NCBI GenBank assembly: GCA_964498785.1 | Contig: CAZCJL010000020.1 | Coordinates: forward strand, 4,946 to 68,945 | Length of the DNA stretch: 64,000 nucleotides | Direction: 5' to 3' | From: an uncultured Cytophagia bacterium | GTDB taxonomy: Bacteria; Zhuqueibacterota; Zhuqueibacteria; Thermofontimicrobiales; Thiofontviventaceae | In this document: positions 48,460 through 56,957 of the stretch, in pieces | Layout: each line of letters starts with the position of its first letter | Position numbering within the stretch: position 1 is the first letter of the stretch | Translations under genes and position numbers: made by a program | The notes under the pieces: model-generated | Told to the model about the DNA's origin: nothing | Database searches by the model: none | Seen by the model: only the letters and a program-made list of their open reading frames with translations

Positions 48460-49682
48460 TGTACTAGTCCTTTATTTTTTTGATCAAATTGTTCCAGATA
48501 TTCTTTAATTGAATTCAAAAATTGGGCGGCGTAGCTACCGTCCACGGCACGATGATCGCACGCGATGCTCATGTTCATCACATTGGCGATACCAATGCTG
48601 TTCCTGTCGCGAACAACCACTTTTTGATCAATTTTTCCGATTCCCAAAATTCCGCACTCCGGCGGATTGATGATCGGTACAAAACTATTGATCGCATACA
48701 TCCCCAAATTGCTGATTGTGAACGTACCGACAGCCGGTGTTTTAAGAACGCCCTGTCGGGCGCCTTCTGCATTTTCTCTTGAAATCCTGCTGATTTCTAA
48801 CAGTGATTTTTCGTTTGTTCTGGGAATCACTGGTACGATTAACCCATCTTCCACCGAAACTGCCACCCCGACATTAATATCCGTCCGTAACACGATTTTA
48901 TTTTCAATGACATGGGCATTCAATCGGGGGTATTTTTCCAGCGACGCAGCCACTGCTTTTACAATCATGTCATTCACAGTGATTTTATCACTGGCATTTT
49001 TATTGAAAACAGCTCGCCATTCCAGCGCTGTGGTCATGTCGATATCAATAAACAAATAAAAATGCGGAATCGTTCGTTTGCTTGTAATAAGCCGTTCGGC
49101 GATCTTTTGCCGCATTTTTGAGAACGGAATTTCCTGATCTGCTGCTGTAACAATTGTCTCTTCAGCTTCTGGCGTGGATATCCCCTTGCCATCATCAGTA
49201 TCAGCAGATTTCGTTGCGGCTGCAAGCACATCCTTTTTGACAATACGCCCACCAGGACCCGTGCCCTGAATTTTATTCAACTCAATCCCCTGCTCTTTTG
49301 CCACTCGCCGCGCAGATGGGGATGCGAAAACACGGCTCGATGATTTCCGGATATCAATTCCCTCCTTAGAATCTTCTGCCGGTTCTTTTTCATCAGCCTG
49401 ATCGGTTTTCGTAACGAAATCTTCGTCATCCGAGACAGTCTCTCCCTGTTCACCAATATAGGCGATCGGTTGAAATGTTTTGATTTCTTCAGCGGGTTCA
49501 AATAGAATTTTCAAAATATAACCGGACTCGTACACTTCCAGATCGAATGTTGCTTTTTCCGATTCGATAGAGGCGATAATGTCGCCTTTTTCCACATAAT
49601 CTCCTTCTTTCACAAACCATTCGCCAATAAATCCGGATTCCACATCCTGACCAACCTGCGGCATTTTCACTGGATTCGCCAT
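48456..49682 (-). CDS. 2-oxoacid/acetoin dehydrogenase E2 (dihydrolipoamide acyltransferase)
   Basis: Lipoyl domain IESEKA, E3-binding ASPSARRVA..GTGPGGRI, TFTISNLG and catalytic DHRAVDG. Confidence 0.93.
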   Translation of the reverse strand: MANPVKMPQVGQDVESGFIGEWFVKEGDYVEKGDIIASIESEKATFDLEVYESGYILKILFEPAEEIKTFQPIAYIGEQGETVSDDEDFVTKTDQADEKEPAEDSKEGIDIRKSSSRVFASPSARRVAKEQGIELNKIQGTGPGGRIVKKDVLAAATKSADTDDGKGISTPEAEETIVTAADQEIPFSKMRQKIAERLITSKRTIPHFYLFIDIDMTTALEWRAVFNKNASDKITVNDMIVKAVAASLEKYPRLNAHVIENKIVLRTDINVGVAVSVEDGLIVPVIPRTNEKSLLEISRISRENAEGARQGVLKTPAVGTFTISNLGMYAINSFVPIINPPECGILGIGKIDQKVVVRDRNSIGIANVMNMSIACDHRAVDGSYAAQFLNSIKEYLEQFDQKNKGLVQ

Positions 49683-49687
49683 TCTGC

Positions 49688-50545
49688 TTATTCTTCCTTT
49701 CCTGAACTTCCGAAAAATTCGATATTTTCTTTAACTTCTTTTTTTAACTGCTCATATTGGTCAGCCAGTACTTTCACCGGCTCATATTCGTTTGGATGCT
49801 CCTGATGATATTTTACAAATTCATTGATAAAAGCATGTTTTAACTGAGTGGATATATTTACCTTAGCACACCCCAGTGAAATACATTTGCGAAAAACATC
49901 CGACGAAAGCCCTGTTCCGCCATGAAGCGCCAATGGCACCGGAGTTCTGCCCGCAATCGTTTTTAATCGTTCGAAATCGATTTTGGGTTCGCCTTTATAA
50001 ACCCCGTGTGCAGTACCGATTGCCGGCGCAAAACATTGTAAATCAAGCGTCTGACAAAATCGCTCCGCTTTATCCGGATCCGCAAGATGTGCATCTTCCT
50101 CTGCAACGACTATATCATCTTCAACACCGCCAATTTCACCGAGCTCGGCTTCAACACTCACATTTGCTGGTTTTGCCATTTCCACAACCTGCCGTGTGAG
50201 TTCCATGTTTTTTTCAAACGGTTGAGAAGAAGCATCGATCATTACTGATGTCCAGCCCGCTTGAATACATTTTTGGATCATATCAAGATCTTTGCAATGA
50301 TCAAGATTCATGGCAACGGGAATTTTTACATTTTCTGAAAGTTGATGATACCAGGATACAATTGCATTGTATCCCCATAATTTCACTGTTTTTACTGAAA
50401 TTTGAACAATGACCGGCGCGTTTAAGTCGCTCGCAGCATCGACAACTGCTTTAAACGAATTATAATCCAGTATATTAAACGCACCAACTGCATATTTCCC
50501 ATCCCGGGCTTTTCGCAGCATGTCAGTCATATTTACAATAGCCAT
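49688..50545 (-). CDS. Class II fructose/tagatose-bisphosphate aldolase
   Basis: YAVGAFN, NLDH, TSVMIDAS, VEAELG, AIGTAHG, LHGGTG and KVNIST. Confidence 0.9.
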   Translation of the reverse strand: MAIVNMTDMLRKARDGKYAVGAFNILDYNSFKAVVDAASDLNAPVIVQISVKTVKLWGYNAIVSWYHQLSENVKIPVAMNLDHCKDLDMIQKCIQAGWTSVMIDASSQPFEKNMELTRQVVEMAKPANVSVEAELGEIGGVEDDIVVAEEDAHLADPDKAERFCQTLDLQCFAPAIGTAHGVYKGEPKIDFERLKTIAGRTPVPLALHGGTGLSSDVFRKCISLGCAKVNISTQLKHAFINEFVKYHQEHPNEYEPVKVLADQYEQLKKEVKENIEFFGSSGKEE

Positions 50546-50586
50546 ATCACATCACCCTAATATAGTTATTTGTTAACTTCGACTTG

Positions 50587-50764
50587 AATTGAGCGATTGA
50601 CATTTAGTTATAAGAATTCAATTAATTAGAATGATAATTGTGTATCACCCATCAAATGAAATATTATAAACAAGCTAATTGCTTCTAAATTAAAAGCCAA
50701 AGGCTAAAAGCTAATAGCCAAACGCTGTTTTTAGATTCAAAAAAGAAAATTCAATCGTTCAATT
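50587..50764. repeat. Intergenic segment bounded by 14-bp inverted repeats and containing a heptamer tandem array
   Basis: AATTGAGCGATTGA (50587-50600) versus TCAATCGTTCAATT (50751-50764), 13/14 match. Internal TAAAAGC CAAAGGC TAAAAGC TAATAGC CAAACGC at 50691-50725. Confidence 0.55.
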
Positions 50765-50806
50765 TAGAAATTATCCTGAAAACCACAATTATAAATTTTA
50801 AATAAT

Positions 50807-50844
50807 CCCCTGACTCTACCATGTACCTTCCGATAGAATCGGGA
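50807..50844 (-). terminator. Hairpin after the MFS gene, possible terminator
   Basis: Minus strand TCCCGATTCTATC / GGTAGAGTCAGGGG stem with G-U pairs, followed by an AT/T-rich tail. Confidence 0.45.
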
Positions 50845-50863
50845 GACCGTATTTTAATATAAA

Positions 50864-52390
50864 TCATTCCTGTTGTTGAAGCTCTATTGCCTTGTAACCG
50901 CCTTTTGATCTAAAATAGAAGATCAACCCAAGATAACATAACAGCATAATTGCCGGAAAAATCGCAACGGTCATTAATGCATTTTTCTTTGCCGTATCAA
51001 CTAATCGCTTTACAATTCCTTTTTCCTCAGCAGTTAATATCGCTAATTTTGCCTGATTGATTGGCTGATACTTTCCGAACACACTACTTTCTTCCTGTCC
51101 GACGACTTTTTCATGCAAAATAATATTTTGATCGGCGAGATCCCTGTCAATTTGCCGGTCCTGAATATTTCCCAAAAATGCAGCGCCAATAACACCGACA
51201 GTTAACATACCAACTCCTGAAATCGTGTTCAGTGTAAGTGCGCCTCCTTTGGGAAATCGTTCGGCGACAACCCCCAACATTGTGGGCCAGAAAAAGGATT
51301 TACCGATGCCATATAATGTTGCCGCGATAAAAATCATAATTCCAACAGCTTTGGATAAAAACACCAGACCAATGATTGCCACAACACTGCAAATCGCCAG
51401 CGTTCCCAATGGGGTGAATTTATCTACTATCGGACCGGCGGAAAAGCGCATAATCATCATAATAAGTGATGTATAAACCAACACCCAACCAGCCTGCAAT
51501 CCGATGTCACCCATCACCGGCGTTAACAATTCCGTAATCCAGCTATCTGTGCCCAGTTCGGTAGTTGCCATTGGAATCATGATGAGTACGAGAAAAATAA
51601 ACATCGGCCTGCCAGGTGAACGTACGTAAACTGCGTATCCTATTATCAGCACGGCAGAAATAATAATTTGAGCGGTTAATGACCATGCGAAGACACGTCC
51701 CAGCTCGCGCACCATCATGACGACAATAATCGCCGCGCCCAATACTCCTGCTTCCTGCAACATCGCTTTGTAAGAAACGCCGGCTTTCACACGCTCGTGC
51801 ACCGGAAATTTGACACGCAGCATCATGACTCCGTAAATAATTGCGGGAATAAAAATCAAACCGACTTTCCATTTCCATTCAATTCCCGGTCCCATGATCA
51901 ATGCCAGCACGCCACCCAGTACAAGTCCGCCTGGCCATCCGGCATGTAAAATATTCAGCCATTTTGTCTTTTCCCTGGAAAATACAGTTGCCACGACCGG
52001 ATTGATCACTGCTTCCACCGTGCCATTTCCCAATGCAACGATGAAGGTTCCAATATATAACATCCAATAGCCATTGGCAAAAATGGTGAGAATTGCAGAA
52101 GTAATGTGACAAACAAACGCGAAAATCATCGCTCTGCCATAACCAATTTTATCAATGACAAAGCTGAACAGGACAATACTGATCGCAAAAGGCCATAAAC
52201 CAACGCCGAGCAACTCTCCTTTTTGTGTTTCGCTGAGATTAAACTCGACTCCCCAATCACCAATAATTTGCGTTCTGATAATAAATCCAAACGCAGTGGC
52301 AACCAGTGCGATGAAGCATGCCCAAAACAACCATTGCGGCTTCTCTTCAGCCAGTTCCCTGACCGAATCCTTTTTACCTGCCTGACTCAT
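50864..52390 (-). CDS. MFS sugar transporter
   Basis: About 12 TM helices with IDKIGYG, GNGTVEAVINP, LHAGWPGG and FFWPTMLGVVAERFPKGG. Start refined to ATG 52390 (GAGGAGG RBS). Confidence 0.85.
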   Translation of the reverse strand: MSQAGKKDSVRELAEEKPQWLFWACFIALVATAFGFIIRTQIIGDWGVEFNLSETQKGELLGVGLWPFAISIVLFSFVIDKIGYGRAMIFAFVCHITSAILTIFANGYWMLYIGTFIVALGNGTVEAVINPVVATVFSREKTKWLNILHAGWPGGLVLGGVLALIMGPGIEWKWKVGLIFIPAIIYGVMMLRVKFPVHERVKAGVSYKAMLQEAGVLGAAIIVVMMVRELGRVFAWSLTAQIIISAVLIIGYAVYVRSPGRPMFIFLVLIMIPMATTELGTDSWITELLTPVMGDIGLQAGWVLVYTSLIMMIMRFSAGPIVDKFTPLGTLAICSVVAIIGLVFLSKAVGIMIFIAATLYGIGKSFFWPTMLGVVAERFPKGGALTLNTISGVGMLTVGVIGAAFLGNIQDRQIDRDLADQNIILHEKVVGQEESSVFGKYQPINQAKLAILTAEEKGIVKRLVDTAKKNALMTVAIFPAIMLLCYLGLIFYFRSKGGYKAIELQQQE

Positions 52391-52461
52391 TCGTCCCTCC
52401 TCATTAATACACAATAATCTGAATTAAAAAATGACAAACGCAAAAAATTATATAACGTGAA

Positions 52462-53475
52462 TTATAATATTCTCTTTACAGCATCAATAATGTCATTTTC
52501 ATGCGGAACGCTTCGTTTTTCCAGATTTAAATTAAATGGTACGGGTGAATTCATTCCGGCGACAATTTCAATGGGAGCATCCAGATAATCGAACGCCTGT
52601 TGCTGAATGATAGACGCAATGTCCGAAGCAATTCCCCCTCTGCGAATTGCCTCCTGCACAATCACAACATGTTCGGTTTTGCGCACCGATTCTAAAATGG
52701 CGTCGCTATCCAAAGGGCTAAGCGTGCGCGGATCAACGACTTCCGCGTCAATGCCCTGTTGCGCCAGCGTTTCTGCCGCGGCCAGCGATTTTGGAACCAT
52801 ATTCGACCAGGCAATGATTGTCACATTGCTGCCGCTCCTTTTTATGTCAGCTTTGCCAAAATCGATGGTATAGTCTTCCGGCGGAACGTGCCCTTCCTGC
52901 ATATAAAGTAATTTATGTTCAATGAAAATCACCGGGTCATCGGCACGGATAGCAGTTTTCAGTAACCCTTTGGCATCATACGGCGTGGATGGCATCACGA
53001 CTTTCAAACCGGGGATATGATAGAAAATCGCTTCCAGACTTTGCGAATGCTGCGCTGCCAGTCCATTTCCAACGCCGCCCTGGGTTCTCATAACAATCGG
53101 AACTCGTCCGATACCACCGGTCATGAAATTGTATTTCGCCGCCTGATTTATCAACTGATCCAGCGTGAGCAACGTGAAATCCACAAACAATATTTCTACG
53201 ACCGGCCGCATTCCCGTGATTGCAGCGCCGATACCTGCACCGGTAAAACTCGCCTCGGCAATCGGGGTATCAATCACCCGTTGTGGTCCAAATTCCTTTA
53301 ATAAATCTACTGTTACTTTATATGAACCACCTCGTTCGGCGATTCCCTCTCCCATCAGGAATACCGTGGAATCACGCGTCATCTCTTCACGTAATGCTTC
53401 ATTCAGCGCTTCTCGATAAAGCAGCGGTCGTTGTGCTGTATTATTTTTTGATTTTGCTTTCGTTAGAACGGTCAT
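52462..53475 (-). CDS. ThDP-dependent dehydrogenase E1 beta subunit (acetoin/pyruvate dehydrogenase-like)
   Basis: VFLMGE, RVIDTPIAE, AAQHSQ, IFIEHK and VVDPRTLSPLD. Confidence 0.92.
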   Translation of the reverse strand: MTVLTKAKSKNNTAQRPLLYREALNEALREEMTRDSTVFLMGEGIAERGGSYKVTVDLLKEFGPQRVIDTPIAEASFTGAGIGAAITGMRPVVEILFVDFTLLTLDQLINQAAKYNFMTGGIGRVPIVMRTQGGVGNGLAAQHSQSLEAIFYHIPGLKVVMPSTPYDAKGLLKTAIRADDPVIFIEHKLLYMQEGHVPPEDYTIDFGKADIKRSGSNVTIIAWSNMVPKSLAAAETLAQQGIDAEVVDPRTLSPLDSDAILESVRKTEHVVIVQEAIRRGGIASDIASIIQQQAFDYLDAPIEIVAGMNSPVPFNLNLEKRSVPHENDIIDAVKRIL

Positions 53476-53486
53476 TTTTTGCTCCG

Positions 53487-54446
53487 TTAATAATCCATTA
53501 CCATTTGATTAAATTCCGCAAAGGTCAGCTCCGGACTTTTTTTCGCAAATTCAATTGCCTGCTCCATGTTCGCTTCTACCTCTTTTTCAATCTGCTCAAT
53601 CTCAGATTCGCTCATTTTTCCTTCTTCTCTGAGATAATCTTTTGCTACACTTACCGGATCCTTTGATTTGAAATATTCGAGACGATCTTTGGGCATGTAT
53701 GCACCGGGATCGTTCACATGATGCCCGCCATGCCGATAGGTTTTTGATTCAATCAGTACCGGACCTTTTCCCTGAACGCATAAATCACGGGCTTCTCTTG
53801 TTTGTTCAAGAACTTTAATAACATCATTTCCATCTACCGAAAATGATCGCACGCCATATCCTGCCGCTCGTTCGTACAGGTTTGGATTCCGGCTCGATTC
53901 TTCAATGGGGGTTGATACGGCATAATGATTATTTTCAAGAAGAAATATAACAGGTAGATTCCATATTGCAGCCAAATTCAGTGATTCGGCAAAAACGCCG
54001 TTATTAGCCGCCCCATCTGAAAAGAAAATGACAACGACCCTTTTTTCTTTACGGATGGAAATTCCGAGAGCAGCTCCGACTCCGATGGGAATGCCGCCAC
54101 CCACGATGCCGTTTGCGCCAAGATTACCAACCTGAACATCGGCGATATGCATAGATCCTCCCAGTCCGCGACAGTAACCAGTCTTTTTGCCTAATAATTC
54201 AGCAACCATTCTATCGATGTTCGCACCGCGTGCAATGCAGTGTCCATGACCACGATGCGTGCTAATGATATAATCATCATCGTTTAACGCCGCACAGACG
54301 CCAACAGCAGTGGCCTCTTCGCCAAGATACGGGTGAAAATATCCTCTGATCAATCCCTGTCGGTATAATTTAATACATTCCGTTTCAAAGACCCGAATAG
54401 TATAAATCGTGTGAAATAATTGCTTTAATAAATCTTTCTCGTACAT
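53487..54446 (-). CDS. ThDP-dependent dehydrogenase E1 alpha subunit (acetoin/pyruvate dehydrogenase-like)
   Basis: STHRGHGH, GGSMH, GANGIVGG, ThDP motif FSDGA...ENN and TYRHGGH. Confidence 0.92.
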   Translation of the reverse strand: MYEKDLLKQLFHTIYTIRVFETECIKLYRQGLIRGYFHPYLGEEATAVGVCAALNDDDYIISTHRGHGHCIARGANIDRMVAELLGKKTGYCRGLGGSMHIADVQVGNLGANGIVGGGIPIGVGAALGISIRKEKRVVVIFFSDGAANNGVFAESLNLAAIWNLPVIFLLENNHYAVSTPIEESSRNPNLYERAAGYGVRSFSVDGNDVIKVLEQTREARDLCVQGKGPVLIESKTYRHGGHHVNDPGAYMPKDRLEYFKSKDPVSVAKDYLREEGKMSESEIEQIEKEVEANMEQAIEFAKKSPELTFAEFNQMVMDY

Positions 54447-54565
54447 AGTATCTCCGTTTTTTTCTAATCAGATTTCCATGCGAATGGGGCTGTATATTTT
54501 CTTATATGAAAAGCGGTTCAATATTTAAAACACTAACTTAACGCTAAAAGTGTTAATAAAAAAAA

Positions 54566-55291
54566 TCAGGTCGCTCTGACAGTAAATTTATATTTGTCGC
54601 CGCGATAAATCGATTTTTCCATTTCCAAAATCATTTCTTTCCCACAAAATGTAACGCCTTCAATCAGGAACGCAGGTGTAGCTTCTTTGACATCGAAAAA
54701 TTCTTTGATTCCTGTATTCATCATAATGGCGCTTAGCTCCTGGACGACTTCAGAAAGGCGGAGTTTGTATATTTTCTCATAAACATTATCATACAAAGAG
54801 CCGCTAAAATCCTGATTTTCGATATCCGGGCAAAACTGTTTGTTTATGTACCGAACTTCCATCATCATGGGAATATTGTTTGCGTATCGCAGACGATGAA
54901 TTTTGAAAACAGGTCCTTTGATAGTGTACTTGCGCCCACTGATGAGAGCAGAGTATCCATCCGCTATTTCCTTTGTCTCCAAAATTTTTGTGGAAGGTGT
55001 ATAACCCGCCTCAATCATATTTTTTGTAAAACTCAAAATTCGGGTAGCCGACCGCTCTATTGTATTTCTCTGGACAAAAGTGCCTTTGCCTTTAATCTTT
55101 AATGCCCATCCCAAAGATTCAATTTCATTTAGAATCTTACGGGCAGTGGTATTACTCACTTCATATTTTTTAACAATTTCGTTTTCAGAGGGAACACGCA
55201 TTCCCGGTAGTAATTCACCGGTCTGAATTTTTTCAATTATCTCTCGACTGATTTGATAATACAGAGGGAGATTGTGGTCTCTTGCATTCAT
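54566..55291 (-). CDS. GntR-family (HutC/UTRA) transcriptional regulator
   Basis: PLYYQI, RVPSENE, YEVSNTTARK and GKGTFV wHTH. UTRA-like C-terminus ending YRGDKYKF. Confidence 0.92.
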   Translation of the reverse strand: MNARDHNLPLYYQISREIIEKIQTGELLPGMRVPSENEIVKKYEVSNTTARKILNEIESLGWALKIKGKGTFVQRNTIERSATRILSFTKNMIEAGYTPSTKILETKEIADGYSALISGRKYTIKGPVFKIHRLRYANNIPMMMEVRYINKQFCPDIENQDFSGSLYDNVYEKIYKLRLSEVVQELSAIMMNTGIKEFFDVKEATPAFLIEGVTFCGKEMILEMEKSIYRGDKYKFTVRAT

Positions 55292-55310
55292 TGTTTTTCT
55301 GATTGTTAAG

Positions 55311-55362
55311 TTAACGCTCTAACCTGTTAACATATTATAATAATAATTTTTGATTTTGTCAA
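55311..55362 (-). promoter_or_regulatory. Consensus sigma70 promoter of the gntR gene with an adjacent candidate operator
   Basis: Minus strand TTGACA (55362-55357), 17 bp, TATAAT (55339-55334). TTAAC-N10-GTTAA inverted motif at 55311-55330, with a similar motif at 54538-54556. Confidence 0.7.
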
Positions 55363-55377
55363 TACTTTTTTTCCATC

Positions 55378-55423
55378 AAAAAAGCCCTGTACCTATCATT
55401 AATTTAATAGAATCAGGGCTTTT
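55378..55423 (-). terminator. Rho-independent terminator after malQ
   Basis: AAAAGCCCTG...CAGGGCTTTT stem followed by a T run on the minus strand. Confidence 0.7.
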
Positions 55424-55451
55424 AATAAAATTGATTCATGTAATATTTTTT

Positions 55452-56957
55452 TTATACCCTGCCGTAAAGTTCAGTCGATTCAGCCAAAGATTCTTTTAAA
55501 GCAGGAGTAATTTGTTCCTGTAATAATCGCCAGCTCCAGTTACCAGATGCAGTTGCGGGTCGATTCATTCGGGCTTCCGGACCAAGTCCCAGCAAATCCT
55601 GCATCGACAGGATGCAAATATTGGCGACAGATTGCATTACCATGCGCACAAATTCTTTGGGAACTTCATCCCGTGTTACTTTCCGGCCAATATATCTGAA
55701 CACAGATTGCTTCATTTTATCATTTGCTTCCTGATCGAACCATCCTTTTACCGTATTATTATCGTGTGTGCCAGTATAAGCAATGCAATTCTGAATATAA
55801 TTATGTGGTGCATCCGGATTGCGCGGCAGGTTTTCATCGAATGCAAATGACAGGACTCGCATTCCCGGGAAGCCAAAATGATGGATTGTCTCAACGACAT
55901 CCGGAGTAATAAATCCAAGATCTTCGGCAATAATGGGTAAATGTGGAAAATGCTTTAACAATGTATTAAAATAATCCATAACCGGAGCCTTAATCCACTC
56001 CCCTTTTACTGCTGTTTTTTCTGTTGCAGGCACTTCCCAAAATGCAACAAACCCGCGAAAATGATCAATGCGCACAATATCAAAGAGACTTAAATTATGT
56101 TTCATTCGCTGAATCCACCAGTCGTATTCTGTCTCTTTCAGAACATCCCATCGAAATACCGGATTTCCCCACAATTGACCGGTAGAACTAAAATAATCCG
56201 GAGGCACTCCTGCAACAAATTCAGGCATTTTTTTATGATCAAGTTTAAAAATTTCCGGATTTTTCCATACTTCCACACTGTCGTAGCTCACATAATACGG
56301 TACATCTCCAATAATCTGCACACCCTTATCGTTACAATATTTTTTAAGAGCATCCCACTGCTTATAAAACAAAAACTGGATAAATTTTTCTAACTCAATT
56401 CGCTCACGTAATTTTTTCTTAAGGGTTGAAAGGGTTGCCTCATTTCTATCACGAACCGTCTGTGGCCAATGGCTCCATGATTGTTCCTGATAGGAAGATT
56501 TTAGGGCTCGAAAAAAAGCAAAATCGTCAACCCAATCTGCATTTTTATTGATAAAATGTTCGAATTCATTCTGAAACAATTTTTTATTTTTATTAAAACG
56601 TTCGAATGCTTTTTGAAATAAAATGTCTTTAAAATGAATCACCTTATCATAACTCACACGATCCAGAGTAAAATCCGGAATTGTTTTCAGATCCGACATT
56701 TTTAACAAACCGTTCTCTAACATAATTTCCGGGCTGATGACCAGCGGATTCCCGGCATACATGGAAACACTGCTATACGGAGAATTATCCATTGCCGGAT
56801 TGGTTGGATTTAATGGAAGCATCTGCCAGTAACTTTGTTTCGTTTCGGCCAGGAAATCGACAAAATTATACGCGCCTGGCCCCATATCTCCGATTCCATA
56901 ATCCGAAGGAAGCGATGTTAAGTGTAGCAGAATTCCATTTCCTCGTTTAATAATCAT
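55452..56957 (-). CDS. malQ: 4-alpha-glucanotransferase (amylomaltase, GH77)
   Basis: GILLHLTSLP, WQMLPL, GVPPDYFS..GQLWGNP, RIDHFRG, IAEDLG, YTGTHDN and MNRP..GNWSWR. Confidence 0.95.
   Translation of the reverse strand: MIIKRGNGILLHLTSLPSDYGIGDMGPGAYNFVDFLAETKQSYWQMLPLNPTNPAMDNSPYSSVSMYAGNPLVISPEIMLENGLLKMSDLKTIPDFTLDRVSYDKVIHFKDILFQKAFERFNKNKKLFQNEFEHFINKNADWVDDFAFFRALKSSYQEQSWSHWPQTVRDRNEATLSTLKKKLRERIELEKFIQFLFYKQWDALKKYCNDKGVQIIGDVPYYVSYDSVEVWKNPEIFKLDHKKMPEFVAGVPPDYFSSTGQLWGNPVFRWDVLKETEYDWWIQRMKHNLSLFDIVRIDHFRGFVAFWEVPATEKTAVKGEWIKAPVMDYFNTLLKHFPHLPIIAEDLGFITPDVVETIHHFGFPGMRVLSFAFDENLPRNPDAPHNYIQNCIAYTGTHDNNTVKGWFDQEANDKMKQSVFRYIGRKVTRDEVPKEFVRMVMQSVANICILSMQDLLGLGPEARMNRPATASGNWSWRLLQEQITPALKESLAESTELYGRV

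Noticed and set aside
50691-50725. Tandem repeats as a CRISPR array
   Set aside because: The units are 7 nt with no spacers, and there are no cas genes.
48456-54446. Calling the E1/E2 genes housekeeping pdhABC or acoABC
   Set aside because: No E3, interleaving with sugar genes and a variant ThDP motif leave the substrate unresolved, so no gene symbols were assigned.
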